The position numbers and the translations under genes are program-made. The notes under the pieces are model-generated. The model saw only the letters and a list, made by a program, of their open reading frames with translations. It had not been told where the DNA came from and made no database searches. A stretch of 64,000 bases of DNA from a virus (lineage: Duplodnaviria > Heunggongvirae > Uroviricota > Caudoviricetes), in IMG/VR virus record IMGVR_UViG_3300028603_000003. One strand, given 5' to 3'. Positions 1 to 9,416 of the stretch are shown here, one piece after another (the first letter of the stretch is position 1; every line of letters starts with the position of its first letter).

Positions 1-2
1 AC

Positions 3-875
3 CTAAAGGAAGACGGTATGCGGGTCAATGTTACTGTCAAGGGGAAAACCGTAACTTTCGTTTCTCGTTCTGGAAAGCCAATCGAAACCCACGGAGTTCT
101 AGATGAACATTTTATCCGACTGGCAACTGCCGAATATCGAGAAGATGGAACTTCGCACGTATTGGATATTACCTTTGATGGGGAGCTTCTTGTTGTTGAC
201 GACGACGGCCTATTCATGCCTCGCAAGGCTGGCAACGGAATTTGCAACAAGGCAATCAAAGGAACAATTACCAAAGCAGAAGCAAGTAGGTTTCGGGTTT
301 CTTTGTGGGACGCCGTTTCAACCGAATATCTAGAATCCGAGATTTTCAATTTGCCGCTCAAGAAGCGTGAAGAAGTTTTGACTGAACTTTATAAGCAGTA
401 CGCTTCTGGCACTGTAGGCAATGCTCTTATCAGTCTGACTGATTACCAGTATGTCAACTCTTATGAAGAAGCAGAGAAAATTTTTAACGATTATTTGGAG
501 TTGGGGAAAGAGGGGGTTATTCTAAAAGACCCGAATTCCCCATGGGAGGCCAAACGATCAAATAGCTTCATCAAGATGAAAGCCGAGAAGACTTGTGAAC
601 TGCGGGTTACAGGTACTTTGGAAGGAACTGGGAAATACCGAGGGATGCTAGGCGCATTGACCTGTGAAACAGAGTGTGGTAAACTTGTTACAAGTGTCGG
701 ATCGGGATTTTCTGACTCTCAAAGAAAAGTTACGTGGGAGCTTGGATCAATCATTGAGGTAAAGTATAATGAAGTGATTCAGGATAAGAGCGGAAACTAT
801 TCTTTGTTTTTGCCGATCTTTCATAAGATTCGACTAGACAAGACTGTCGCTAATACTTTCGAGGAACTTTCGTGA
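3..875 (+). CDS. ATP-dependent DNA ligase, C-terminal part (5' end lies upstream of window)
   Basis: Open to window edge. Contains ligase motifs (FDGELLVVDD motif III-like; ILKDPNSPWEAKRSNSFIKMK motif V KxK). Overall resemblance to the T4 gp30 C-terminal half. No KxDG motif in the visible part, so truncated. Confidence 0.8.
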   Translation, partial: LKEDGMRVNVTVKGKTVTFVSRSGKPIETHGVLDEHFIRLATAEYREDGTSHVLDITFDGELLVVDDDGLFMPRKAGNGICNKAIKGTITKAEASRFRVSLWDAVSTEYLESEIFNLPLKKREEVLTELYKQYASGTVGNALISLTDYQYVNSYEEAEKIFNDYLELGKEGVILKDPNSPWEAKRSNSFIKMKAEKTCELRVTGTLEGTGKYRGMLGALTCETECGKLVTSVGSGFSDSQRKVTWELGSIIEVKYNEVIQDKSGNYSLFLPIFHKIRLDKTVANTFEELS

Positions 876-1055
876 TTGTAATTAAAACAGATTCTGGTTA
901 TATGCTACAGCACAAGGGAATGGAGGTGGAAGTTAATCGACATTCCCATGTTCGAGATGCTTTCGTTTGCAAGGCTCTAGACGAGTTGCGAAAAACAATA
1001 GAAGAGCTTCAGGCTACTATTAATGCCAGTGTTGATAAAATCTAGGAATCTTTAA

Positions 1056-1298
1056 ATGAATAAGCTTCTTATTTCTGCATCCATCCTTCTTAGTGTTTCT
1101 GCTTGCTCTCCAGAGTTATCAGGAAACACCGTAAATCGAGCGATATCCTTGTGTGAATCTAAGGGTGGCGTGTACGCACTGTTTGCGCCGCAACTATTCT
1201 TTGCAGGTTTCGAACTAGAAAAAATTTATACGGTCGAGTGTTCTAACGGAGAATCCCTTTCTTTGTATGGGCCTTACCTAAAACAAATTGGAGATTAA
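1056..1298 (+). CDS. small putative lipoprotein
   Basis: N-terminal signal peptide ending in lipobox-like LSVSAC. Confidence 0.35.
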   Translation: MNKLLISASILLSVSACSPELSGNTVNRAISLCESKGGVYALFAPQLFFAGFELEKIYTVECSNGESLSLYGPYLKQIGD

Positions 1299-1299
1299 T

Positions 1300-1743
1300 A
1301 TGGCTAAGCCTGTTAGTTGTGGAGTGTTGATTATCAACGAGGAAGGAGAAATTCTCGTTGGCCTTTCAACCGGAAACAACAAATACGACATTCCGAAAGG
1401 TCAACTAGAAGAAGGTGAGCGACACATAGATGCTGCGATCAGAGAGTGTAAGGAAGAAACTGGCCTCACATTCGGGGAGAATGATTTGACTTTCTTGGGT
1501 TATTTCAATTATTCTAGGTACAAAGACCTAGTTCTCTATATGGCTACGATCCGGTCCACTTCAATTCAAGTAGAAGAGTTGGTTTGCGAGTCAACATTTA
1601 AAACCAAAGACGGAAAAGAATATCCTGAACTAAGCTCTTTCAAGTGGATGCCTCCCGAAGAATACCAAACGCACATGTTCGCAAGCATGCAAAAAGTTTT
1701 ACAAACAGTGTTCGAAGAAAGTATCTGGAGAGTATATGGCTGA
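1300..1743 (+). CDS. Nudix hydrolase
   Basis: Nudix box GQLEEGERHIDAAIRECKEETGL. RBS ggaga upstream of ATG 1300. Confidence 0.85.
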   Translation: MAKPVSCGVLIINEEGEILVGLSTGNNKYDIPKGQLEEGERHIDAAIRECKEETGLTFGENDLTFLGYFNYSRYKDLVLYMATIRSTSIQVEELVCESTFKTKDGKEYPELSSFKWMPPEEYQTHMFASMQKVLQTVFEESIWRVYG

Positions 1744-2038
1744 TGGTGCGATAAATAAAACCCAAAGCTGCAAACAGTCTAGAGATCAGAAGGCTTACGA
1801 TTTTGGGTATCGCGACGGATACTGTGCTGGTTGGGAAGATGGATTTGACTACACCTGTCACGACTGCGGAAATTCCTGCGACACAGATGAACCAACAGAA
1901 TCAGAGGTTGAATTCTACTGTAGACTTTTTGAACTAATTCAATCGGGAAATGTCAAACAACTTCACACAGAATTAACAGAAAAGATTCAGGATGTGACAG
2001 GAAAGACTATTACCAATTGGAAAATTATAGGAGAGTAA
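1736..2038 (+). CDS. hypothetical Cys-rich protein
   Basis: CAGWEDGFDYTCHDCGNSCD cysteine cluster. ATG overlaps upstream stop. Confidence 0.4.
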   Translation: MADGAINKTQSCKQSRDQKAYDFGYRDGYCAGWEDGFDYTCHDCGNSCDTDEPTESEVEFYCRLFELIQSGNVKQLHTELTEKIQDVTGKTITNWKIIGE

Positions 2039-2166
2039 ATTGATTGTTTTGAAGAACACCTTGAGTGACGAATATCTTTACTGTCAAGAGTTCGTCTGCG
2101 CAAAAGAAATTGACGAGCAAAAGTTTTGTGTGGCGTATCTGGACAAAGGACTGACCCGACCCACAC

Positions 2167-2460
2167 TTGTTAACATGGAATATTGGAAGCCGAAAAAGAA
2201 TGCTAAGCCAAAGTAAAGAAGACATCAATGAGCGGTTTCTAACAGCTTCAAAGTTTGAAATGATTATAGATAAGATGGTGTTCGAGTCAGACTATACATA
2301 TGTCGAAGCCATTCTAGAATACTGTGAAGAAAACTCGCTGGACCCAGAGGACACCGTAAAGTATATTAACTCTAACCTGAAGAAGAAGATTGAAGTAGAG
2401 GCAATAACACAAAACTATTTGCCCAGAAAATCAACTCTTCAATTTGAATTGGAAGAATAA
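2167..2460 (+). CDS. hypothetical protein (occupies the gene 33/dsbA position upstream of gene 59)
   Basis: ORF only. Positional analogy to the T4 rnh-dsbA-33-59-32 cluster. No motif recognised. Confidence 0.3.
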   Translation: MLTWNIGSRKRMLSQSKEDINERFLTASKFEMIIDKMVFESDYTYVEAILEYCEENSLDPEDTVKYINSNLKKKIEVEAITQNYLPRKSTLQFELEE

Positions 2461-2662
2461 AATGCCTAGAAAAGTCGAAGTGCTTAGCAACGGAGTATTG
2501 GGTTCTGGTGATTGGGTAATCATTAAAATTGATAACGAAGTGGTGTACGAAGGCCATCAACTCGATCTTACAACTGCACTTGACATTTTCAAATTTCTTA
2601 ACGGAGATGAAGAGGTTATCAGGATTGACCTGACAGATGAAGAAATGGAGAAATACGGTTGA
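2444..2662 (+). CDS. hypothetical small protein
   Basis: ORF with start-stop overlaps typical of a T4-type operon. Confidence 0.3.
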   Translation: MNWKNKMPRKVEVLSNGVLGSGDWVIIKIDNEVVYEGHQLDLTTALDIFKFLNGDEEVIRIDLTDEEMEKYG

Positions 2663-3255
2663 ATGCTTATAAAGCATACAAATACTATATCGCCCTCAAA
2701 AATCATTTCACCACTTGGCATTACGATGCCTTTAAGTACAATCTAAAGTCCAGTGCAACTCAAGAATCTTTTGTGCGTCGCAATGACTGTATGCGGTTTG
2801 AGTCCATATCTAACAGGTATGGCGAACAGGTAGGACACTACTTCGTCGCAAATTTTGTTGAAAGATTCGAAGAGTTTCTGTATGATCCTAATAAGTCAGA
2901 CAGAATTTACCAAGACTGGCTTAAGCGTAAGACAATGAAAAACTCACTGGTACAACGAGAGATTTTAGATTTGCCCTACGCTAAATTTGGCGATATCATA
3001 AAAGTCGGCAATCAAACGCCGACCCTTCTAAAAGAATATCTTGTAAAGAACATATCTCCCGAGACTCTAGTAATACTTGACTCTCACTTCCACTTTCTAG
3101 ATAATTGGAAATCGACCATCACCCGAGATACAGTGTGGGATTCTGTTGGTCTAGTTCTTTGCAAGTATCGAAGTTTTGTGTCATTTGACAAAGACACTCT
3201 AACCCAAATAATCAACTCAAAGTTTTATCAGGAGCACTCTGAATATCATGTCTAA
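2659..3255 (+). CDS. 59: gp59 helicase-loading protein
   Basis: Alignable blocks with T4 gp59 (KYYIALKNHF..YDAFKYN; FVANFV; ETLVILDSHFHFLDNW). Sits immediately upstream of the gene 32 homolog, as in T4. Confidence 0.65.
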   Translation: MNAYKAYKYYIALKNHFTTWHYDAFKYNLKSSATQESFVRRNDCMRFESISNRYGEQVGHYFVANFVERFEEFLYDPNKSDRIYQDWLKRKTMKNSLVQREILDLPYAKFGDIIKVGNQTPTLLKEYLVKNISPETLVILDSHFHFLDNWKSTITRDTVWDSVGLVLCKYRSFVSFDKDTLTQIINSKFYQEHSEYHV

Positions 3256-3442
3256 ATTCATGCGTAAACAGCGAGAGTCACGGTTCGATGATTTCGACGG
3301 ACGCACTCGAAAGGTCGCGGGAAAAGGCAAGTCTACACGCATTCTAAATAGTTACGTTCTTGATGAAGACTATACAGAAAGCTTCGAGGAATTTGATGTC
3401 GAATTAGATTATGAGTATCTATACAAAGACACATCACACTAA
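3248..3442 (+). CDS. hypothetical small protein
   Basis: ORF overlapping the gp59 stop. Confidence 0.3.
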   Translation: MSKFMRKQRESRFDDFDGRTRKVAGKGKSTRILNSYVLDEDYTESFEEFDVELDYEYLYKDTSH

Positions 3443-3469
3443 ACACAAATCATACAAAGGAAAATATAA

Positions 3470-4420
3470 ATGGCAAATACATCAGCATTCGCACACCTAC
3501 TAGCAGCAGTTCAAAAAGAATCATCAGGCAAGAAGGATTACACCGACGATACCTTCTACAAGCTTGACCCTGACGCAGCCGGTAACACAGCAGCAGTAAT
3601 CCGCTTTCTACCTGCAACGTCGGACGACCAGCTACCATTCGTAAAATACTGGTCCTATTCTTTCCAAAACCCTGCAAACAAGCGTTGGTTTATCGAAAAT
3701 TGTCCTTCTTCTATTGGTCTTGAAAGTCCAGTTATGGAGTTCAACGGAATTCTGTGGAACGAAGTTGGTACAGAAGAAGCAAAGAATCAAGCACGTCGCC
3801 AGCGTCGTACCCTAAACTACGTCGCAAACATTCTGGTTGTAAACGACCCCAAGCATCCAGAAAAGAACGGCAAGGTTTTCAAGTTCCGTTTTGGCAAGAA
3901 GATTTTCGACAAGATTGCAGAGAAGGTTCAAGGAAACGATCTTGACGCTCCAGTCAACGTTTTCGATCTTGTTGAAGGTTGCAACTTCAAGCTTCGCATG
4001 AAGAAGATCGCTGTATCGGGACAGAAGCCTCAAGCAAACTACGATAGTTCAGAGTGGGATGTTACTTCTGCGGTTGTCAAGAGTGCGGACGAAGCCAAGG
4101 CAATCATGGCTCAAGCTCACGATCTACAATATCTTGTAGATGCAAAGAACTACAAGAGCTATGACGACCTTAAGAAGCGCCTTGAGTACGTTCTTGGTGC
4201 TACTCAACAGTCAAGCGGTGTTAGCGATCTGGCTACAGCAGTTGCCCCAACAGTTTCGAATCAGGTTGCGGCAGAAGAGTCAAAGGTGACTAGCGGAATT
4301 CCGAAGACATTTGATGAAGACGTTCCAGCAACACCAAAGCAAGAACGCAAGCCAATCATTACTATCGACGATGATGACGATGATGACGCTGCATACTTCG
4401 CAAAGCTAGCTAGCGCATAA
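3470..4420 (+). CDS. 32: gp32 single-stranded DNA-binding protein
   Basis: Conserved blocks with T4 gp32 (AAVIRFLP, YVANILVV.DP..PE..GKVFKFRFGKKI.DKI, CNFKLRMKK). Acidic C-terminal tail DDDDDDD. Confidence 0.9.
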   Translation: MANTSAFAHLLAAVQKESSGKKDYTDDTFYKLDPDAAGNTAAVIRFLPATSDDQLPFVKYWSYSFQNPANKRWFIENCPSSIGLESPVMEFNGILWNEVGTEEAKNQARRQRRTLNYVANILVVNDPKHPEKNGKVFKFRFGKKIFDKIAEKVQGNDLDAPVNVFDLVEGCNFKLRMKKIAVSGQKPQANYDSSEWDVTSAVVKSADEAKAIMAQAHDLQYLVDAKNYKSYDDLKKRLEYVLGATQQSSGVSDLATAVAPTVSNQVAAEESKVTSGIPKTFDEDVPATPKQERKPIITIDDDDDDDAAYFAKLASA

Positions 4421-4440
4421 AATCGCTAACAAGCATTCAA

Positions 4441-4464
4441 GCCCGCCACAAGCGGGCTTTTTAC
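4441..4464 (+). terminator. rho-independent terminator after gene 32
   Basis: GC hairpin gcccgccacaagcgggc followed by ttttt. Confidence 0.6.
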
Positions 4465-4466
4465 TT

Positions 4467-4495
4467 TTGATATCCTGCTAATCAGTTGATATACT
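4467..4495 (+). promoter_or_regulatory. sigma70-like promoter (TTGATA-N17-TATACT)
   Basis: Hexamers with a 17-nt spacer upstream of rnh. Confidence 0.45.
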
Positions 4496-4529
4496 GTAAT
4501 GATGCTAATGACAACACAAAGGAAAAATA

Positions 4530-5441
4530 ATGATTGGAATTGACTTTTCATCCTTCGCCATAAACACGATCACCGGAAACCTAGAAGAGAAAGACTTGGA
4601 CGGCAATGCCGACTCTCTGCCACTAATTCGTCGCGTAATCCTCACTAGCCTATTGTCGATAAAGGCAAAGTATAAAGCAAAGTTCGGCAACGAGATTGTG
4701 TTTGCAGTTGACAATAAGACTAAACCATATTGGAGAAAGTCTGTCAACCCCTATTACAAAGGAACCCGAAAAGAATCTAGAGAAAAGTCAAAGTACGACT
4801 GGTCTTACATCTTTGATTGTATGTCAACAGTTAAGGCTGAGCTTATCGAAAACTTCCCATACAAGGTTATTGAAGTAGAAGGCGCAGAAGCCGACGATGT
4901 GATCGCGGTGTTGCTGCGGTATGTCCAAGAGAATAGAAAGGTCAGAGAAGGGCTTATAGAGTCTCCAGAGCCATTTCTGATTGTGTCAGCAGATGGGGAC
5001 TACGTTCAACTACACAAGTTTGAGGGAGTTGAACAATATTCTCCTAAAAAGGGTTCGCTGATTACCGTGAAGTCCGTTAAGGAAGTCAACGAGAGTCTTC
5101 TAACAAAGATCATCAAGGGGGATGCAGGCGACGGTATTTGCAACATTCTTTCCGCACCTAACTGCTTGGTTGACAAAATTAGGCAAAAGGCTGTATCTAC
5201 TGAAAAGTTCCTAAACCCACTTCTGGAAAATTCTGACCACTCTTGGCTGACAGAAGAACAACAAGAGCGGATGCGCATAAATAGAATACTGATTGACTTT
5301 GACTACATCCCACAGGACATCCGAGATGGAATCGTAGAGGCTTACAACAGCTACGTGGTCAAGGGATCAAAAACAAAAGTTTTCGACTATCTAATTAAAA
5401 ATAGATTGAAAGTTTTATTCACTCGTGTAGACGAGTTTTAA
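4530..5441 (+). CDS. rnh: RNase H / 5'-3' exonuclease (FEN family)
   Basis: Resembles T4 RNase H: conserved acidic clusters (VFAVDNK, GAEADDVIA, VSADGDYVQL) and an H3TH-like region (IKGDAGDGI). Confidence 0.8.
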   Translation: MIGIDFSSFAINTITGNLEEKDLDGNADSLPLIRRVILTSLLSIKAKYKAKFGNEIVFAVDNKTKPYWRKSVNPYYKGTRKESREKSKYDWSYIFDCMSTVKAELIENFPYKVIEVEGAEADDVIAVLLRYVQENRKVREGLIESPEPFLIVSADGDYVQLHKFEGVEQYSPKKGSLITVKSVKEVNESLLTKIIKGDAGDGICNILSAPNCLVDKIRQKAVSTEKFLNPLLENSDHSWLTEEQQERMRINRILIDFDYIPQDIRDGIVEAYNSYVVKGSKTKVFDYLIKNRLKVLFTRVDEF

Positions 5442-5456
5442 CCATGAGGAAATACA

Positions 5457-6047
5457 ATGCGTAAATTAGTCTCAGAACTTCTAGAAGAAGTTGGAAAGTC
5501 AGAGGATAAAGTTGCAGCGATTAAGGCAGCAGCAACACAAAACCCTGCAATCGTCGATGTCATTAAAGTTGCCTTCGATCCTGACTGGGAGTTCAATCTA
5601 TCTCCGAGCTACCCTGACAAGTTTAAATTAGATAGGACAACTCCAGCGGGATTGTCCATCACCGAACTCATCAAGGATCGTAAGAAGCTTCAAATTTTTC
5701 GAAAATTTGGTCCGTATGCAACACTAGACCAATCTCGACGGGAAACAATTTTCTTGACTTTCTTGGAAAGTCTTCACTACTCGGAAGCTGAAGTTCTAGT
5801 GTTTGCGAAGGATCGTGCTCTCGAAGAGCTTTACCCTTGGCTCAACCGAGACTTCTACAATGTTCTTTTTGGTATTACTGAACCTAAGAAGGTCGAGGTG
5901 GTAGAGAAAAAGGAAGAACCCAAAAGTGAATCTCAAGAAGTTTCTGAAAAGCCTACTGAAAAAGTTGAAGAGGTGAAAAGTGAAAATAGCGAACCTGTTG
6001 AAAAGCCTAAGCGGCGCGGAAGACCCAAAAAGTCTGATAGCAAGTAA
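5457..6047 (+). CDS. hypothetical protein with K/E-rich tail ending in an AT-hook-like RGRPKK
   Basis: ORF. C-terminal low-complexity basic/acidic tail. Its central domain is paralogous to the next ORF. Confidence 0.5.
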   Translation: MRKLVSELLEEVGKSEDKVAAIKAAATQNPAIVDVIKVAFDPDWEFNLSPSYPDKFKLDRTTPAGLSITELIKDRKKLQIFRKFGPYATLDQSRRETIFLTFLESLHYSEAEVLVFAKDRALEELYPWLNRDFYNVLFGITEPKKVEVVEKKEEPKSESQEVSEKPTEKVEEVKSENSEPVEKPKRRGRPKKSDSK

Positions 6048-6357
6048 CAAGGTTCTGCAAACTCTTATCGAATACAACTTCGCAAAAGAAAAACCATTTG
6101 ACCTACCCGAAGGCTATCCTGAAGGTAGGTCTTTGTTTTTGAACGAAACGAATCTTATGCAAGAAGCCAGAAGGCTCTACATCTTCACGAAGTCGGGGCA
6201 CCCGACTTTGAAGAAAGTTCGCAGAGAGCAATTGTTCGTAGAGATGTGCGAAGGCTTTTCGAAAGAAGAAGCAGAAATCTTGATTGCAGTCAAAGACCAA
6301 AAGTTGCATGAATTGTATCCGATTTTAGAACAATTGTATTCTAAAGAAGAACAATAA
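5980..6357 (+). CDS. hypothetical protein, paralog of the preceding ORF's domain
   Basis: Alignment: EAEVLVFAKDRALEELYPWL vs EAEILIAVKDQKLHELYPIL. Overlaps the upstream ORF by about 68 nt in another frame. Confidence 0.4.
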   Translation: MKIANLLKSLSGAEDPKSLIASNKVLQTLIEYNFAKEKPFDLPEGYPEGRSLFLNETNLMQEARRLYIFTKSGHPTLKKVRREQLFVEMCEGFSKEEAEILIAVKDQKLHELYPILEQLYSKEEQ

Positions 6358-6392
6358 ATAGTAAATCTGTATATAACTGTTTTGGAATTGAC

Positions 6393-8264
6393 ATGACATT
6401 TAAGAAATTTTTTAAAGAATCCGTAGAAGACTTGCAAGAGGTTTCCCAGTCTCCAGCAAGTCTTGAAGCATTTTTGAACTCTCCTGAAGCAGAGGGCATG
6501 AGATTTGGCTTCGAGGCTGAAGTAATCATGACTGGGTTCGACGATGATAATGACTATGATGAGTCAGAGATTGTAGACGAAGATATTGGTAGGACAGAAT
6601 CTTTAAATGATGTTACGACTTTCTTTGACATCAGGCCCAGTGCCAGAAGTTACATGACCTTAGAAAGTGACTTCTACGAATGGCTTGGCGAAAAAGAATC
6701 TGAGTATACAGAAAACTATATCAGTGATAATCTAACAGACCGAGCAGAAGAATTGTTTAGCAAATTGTCTGCTGAAGAGCAAGAAGAATCTGATGTAGAA
6801 GACTTTCTCGACGACGCTAGAAGTGAATTAGAATCCGAAGCAGAAGAAGATTTTTCCTACAATGATGATTACGGATTTTATGAATTTTGTCAAGCAATGG
6901 GATATAGAACTTATTATGACTTGTCAAACGCATACGGGTTTGATTGGCCCGACGATAGATACGAAAGTTCTTCTTCGGAATATGACGAAGACACTGGATA
7001 TTCTCTAGACAGAGCGGAAGAAGTCGCCTCTGAATTAGAAGATGCATTAGACATTAGTGTAAAGGCATATAACAGTTACCATGGCGGACAACTCGGCGCA
7101 CACTCAGAGTTGTGGAGAATTGAGCCTGATGGCTCTCTGGAGACAAAAGACCCCGAGTCAGAAGCTGGAATGGAGATCATAACTCCAGACGGAGGTTTGC
7201 CGCTCAAAGAAGGCATCACTGCGATGCAACAACTATTTTCTTGGCTCAGAGCTAAGCGAGCCTACACCTCAGAAGACGCGACAACAGGACTTCACATCAA
7301 TCTTTCAATTCCTGACCAATACAAGAAGACGATTGACTATGTAAAGCTAGTGCTTTTCTCTGGTGACGAGTATGTTCTTCAACAGTTTGATAGAGTCGGT
7401 GGATACAACGACGAGTCTGCACGAGAAATCAGAAGGGCGATTGAAAGAGGAAACGTAGAAGAGGCTCTCGGGCTTATGCGGAAAGGGCTTTCCACTGCGG
7501 CTTCTACTTCTCTGATTGCAAGCAACAAAGAAAGATCGGTAACTGTAAACAAGAAAAATAACTATGTTGAATTCAGAGTGGTAGGAAACGACTATTTGAA
7601 TATGGGAGAAGTTGTCAGACTCGCAGTTCTTAGATTCGCCAGAGCGTTGACAATTGCCGCTGACCCAGAAGCATACAAAGAAGAATACGCCAAGAAACTT
7701 TACAAGGTTATAACAAATGTTTCTGGTGAGATGTTGGAAGGTCTTAATCCAGACGTGGTAAAGATGTTTGCACAAACCTTGAGTCAACTTTCTTATGGCC
7801 CACCAACGAGAGAAACCGCGCAAGGCATTGCGAACCTAAAGGCCAGACTTCTACAAACTAGAATGACTCGTAAGTCTGATACCCCAAAGTTGCCTGACCG
7901 AAAAAATGAAAGAGGCAGCACCGAAAGTCAATTCAAGGCGGAAGCTTTGTTAAACGCAAAGGCGTTGGAACTGTTCTTGAATTACAGAAAACAAACTTAT
8001 GGGGAAGATAACTCCAAGCTAAATGCATATTTGTTTTCGCTGAAGAGAGCAGACTTTAGACAAATAGCCGCAGCCTTCTCTGTTTTTTGGGAAGACGTTG
8101 ACGATTTCGGAAAGAATGTTTTGGCAGTTTTCAGCCCGATTCCGGTAATAGAAAAAGAAAAGCCGGAACTTATTGGCAGGACAGCAGGATCACCATTTTT
8201 CATTGAACTTAAACCAGAGAAAAAGAAGATTTTCCTTGCCAATGTTATCCAGAATTACTCTTAA
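6393..8264 (+). CDS. large acidic protein with putative amidoligase-like (GS/GCS-type carboxylate-amine ligase) C-terminal domain; paralog 1
   Basis: N-terminal GFEAEV motif, a long D/E-rich insert, and TGLHINLS. The C-terminal roughly 250 aa is clearly paralogous to ORF 15501..16820 (IAADPEAYKEEYAKKLYK in both). Family call from memory of the amidoligase GxExE/TGxH pattern, unverified. Confidence 0.4.
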   Translation: MTFKKFFKESVEDLQEVSQSPASLEAFLNSPEAEGMRFGFEAEVIMTGFDDDNDYDESEIVDEDIGRTESLNDVTTFFDIRPSARSYMTLESDFYEWLGEKESEYTENYISDNLTDRAEELFSKLSAEEQEESDVEDFLDDARSELESEAEEDFSYNDDYGFYEFCQAMGYRTYYDLSNAYGFDWPDDRYESSSSEYDEDTGYSLDRAEEVASELEDALDISVKAYNSYHGGQLGAHSELWRIEPDGSLETKDPESEAGMEIITPDGGLPLKEGITAMQQLFSWLRAKRAYTSEDATTGLHINLSIPDQYKKTIDYVKLVLFSGDEYVLQQFDRVGGYNDESAREIRRAIERGNVEEALGLMRKGLSTAASTSLIASNKERSVTVNKKNNYVEFRVVGNDYLNMGEVVRLAVLRFARALTIAADPEAYKEEYAKKLYKVITNVSGEMLEGLNPDVVKMFAQTLSQLSYGPPTRETAQGIANLKARLLQTRMTRKSDTPKLPDRKNERGSTESQFKAEALLNAKALELFLNYRKQTYGEDNSKLNAYLFSLKRADFRQIAAAFSVFWEDVDDFGKNVLAVFSPIPVIEKEKPELIGRTAGSPFFIELKPEKKKIFLANVIQNYS

Positions 8265-8273
8265 GGAATTGTT

Positions 8274-9416
8274 ATGAGTTTCAAAAATTTTGTTTTAACT
8301 GAAGCCAAGAAAGAGAAGTTCGGGCATATCGAACACCTTGAGGACTTCATCATCGAAGAGGGTTTGGAAGGGTTTACACTTCTGAAGAAAGCCTTGGATG
8401 GGGTCATTGACTTTTGTAACGGGAAGCCGACAGATGTTGTGGTGAGTCAGAAGATTGATGGCTCACCTAACATCACATTTGGAGTTAACGCAGAAGGTAA
8501 ATTTTGGGTGGGAACCAAATCTCTATTCAACAAGAAGACCCCAAAGATTAACTATACTCCAGAAGACATAAACCGAAATCACGAATCTCCGGGGCTGAAT
8601 AAAAAACTTAACGTTGCTCTCAGATACCTACCAATGATTCGTGCTAAAGGAATTGTTTCCGCTGATATACTATTCACCGAAGACGACATCAAACAGCAGA
8701 CGATAGACAACAAGAAGATGTTGACCTTCAAAGCAAACACTCTTGTATATGCCGCTGAAGTTGGAACTGACATCGCAAGAAAGATTTCTGTTGCTAAGAT
8801 TGGAATCGCGGTGCACACAAAGTTTGAAGGTGATCATCCTCAAAACTTTAAAGCACAATACAACCCTGCAATTTCATTCACCCCACATCAAGCAGTGTTT
8901 GTTGTAAATCCCTATGATGTGACCGTCGCCCCATTCAATCAACAAGAAATGCAAGAGTTGGAAAGATTGGGTAGCATGCAAGTTGACCCAAAAATCTTTG
9001 ACATCATAAGAGAAACAAAGAATGCCCAGATGTTCAAAAAGTATACCAATCAGTTAGTAAGAAACGGACAGATAGAAACTGATCCAAAGTCTTTCTATAC
9101 TGGATTGAAACAGTTCTTCGAAGTAAACGATAACAGAATCTTCAGACACTTTGACGACGAATTGCTGAGTCTTTGTGAAGCATACCTTAACATCATCAAG
9201 ATAAAGAAGATGATTCTGAATCACCTAAGAGACACCGAAGCATTGCGGGCTTTTGTCAAGGATGGCGACTCTTTGGTTCCAGTTAGCGGAGAAGGATTTG
9301 TCGTAGTAGTTGACAATCTACCCATAAAACTAATTGACAGATCGGTCTTTAGCAAAGCAAACTTTACACAAGAAAAGCCTTGGGATCAGCAACCACAACA
9401 AGGAATACCACAGTGA
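8274..9416 (+). CDS. putative nucleotidyltransferase-superfamily polynucleotide ligase-like protein
   Basis: Lysine-adenylation-like motif VVSQKIDGSPNITFG (KxDG). No reliable further alignment to T4 Rnl1/Rnl2 or DNA ligase. Confidence 0.35.
   Translation: MSFKNFVLTEAKKEKFGHIEHLEDFIIEEGLEGFTLLKKALDGVIDFCNGKPTDVVVSQKIDGSPNITFGVNAEGKFWVGTKSLFNKKTPKINYTPEDINRNHESPGLNKKLNVALRYLPMIRAKGIVSADILFTEDDIKQQTIDNKKMLTFKANTLVYAAEVGTDIARKISVAKIGIAVHTKFEGDHPQNFKAQYNPAISFTPHQAVFVVNPYDVTVAPFNQQEMQELERLGSMQVDPKIFDIIRETKNAQMFKKYTNQLVRNGQIETDPKSFYTGLKQFFEVNDNRIFRHFDDELLSLCEAYLNIIKIKKMILNHLRDTEALRAFVKDGDSLVPVSGEGFVVVVDNLPIKLIDRSVFSKANFTQEKPWDQQPQQGIPQ

Noticed and set aside
18-875. Treating ORF 18..875 as a complete small ligase starting at Met 18.
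   Set aside because: No KxDG adenylation motif downstream of that Met. The frame is open to position 3, so the gene is 5'-truncated by the window.
7347-7823. 158-aa minus-strand ORF inside amidoligase-like gene 1. Similar long antisense ORFs lie at 17456..17857, 29907..30533, 37660..38220, 49478..50035, 50192..50665 and 62717..63466.
   Set aside because: All overlap + strand genes with motifs or good starts. There is no RBS or promoter context. The block is uniformly + strand, so these are treated as shadow ORFs.
8274-9416. Calling the KxDG protein an ortholog of T4 Rnl2 or a second DNA ligase.
   Set aside because: Only the KxDG motif is recognisable. Motifs III-V could not be aligned, so it is kept as a generic ligase-like nucleotidyltransferase.
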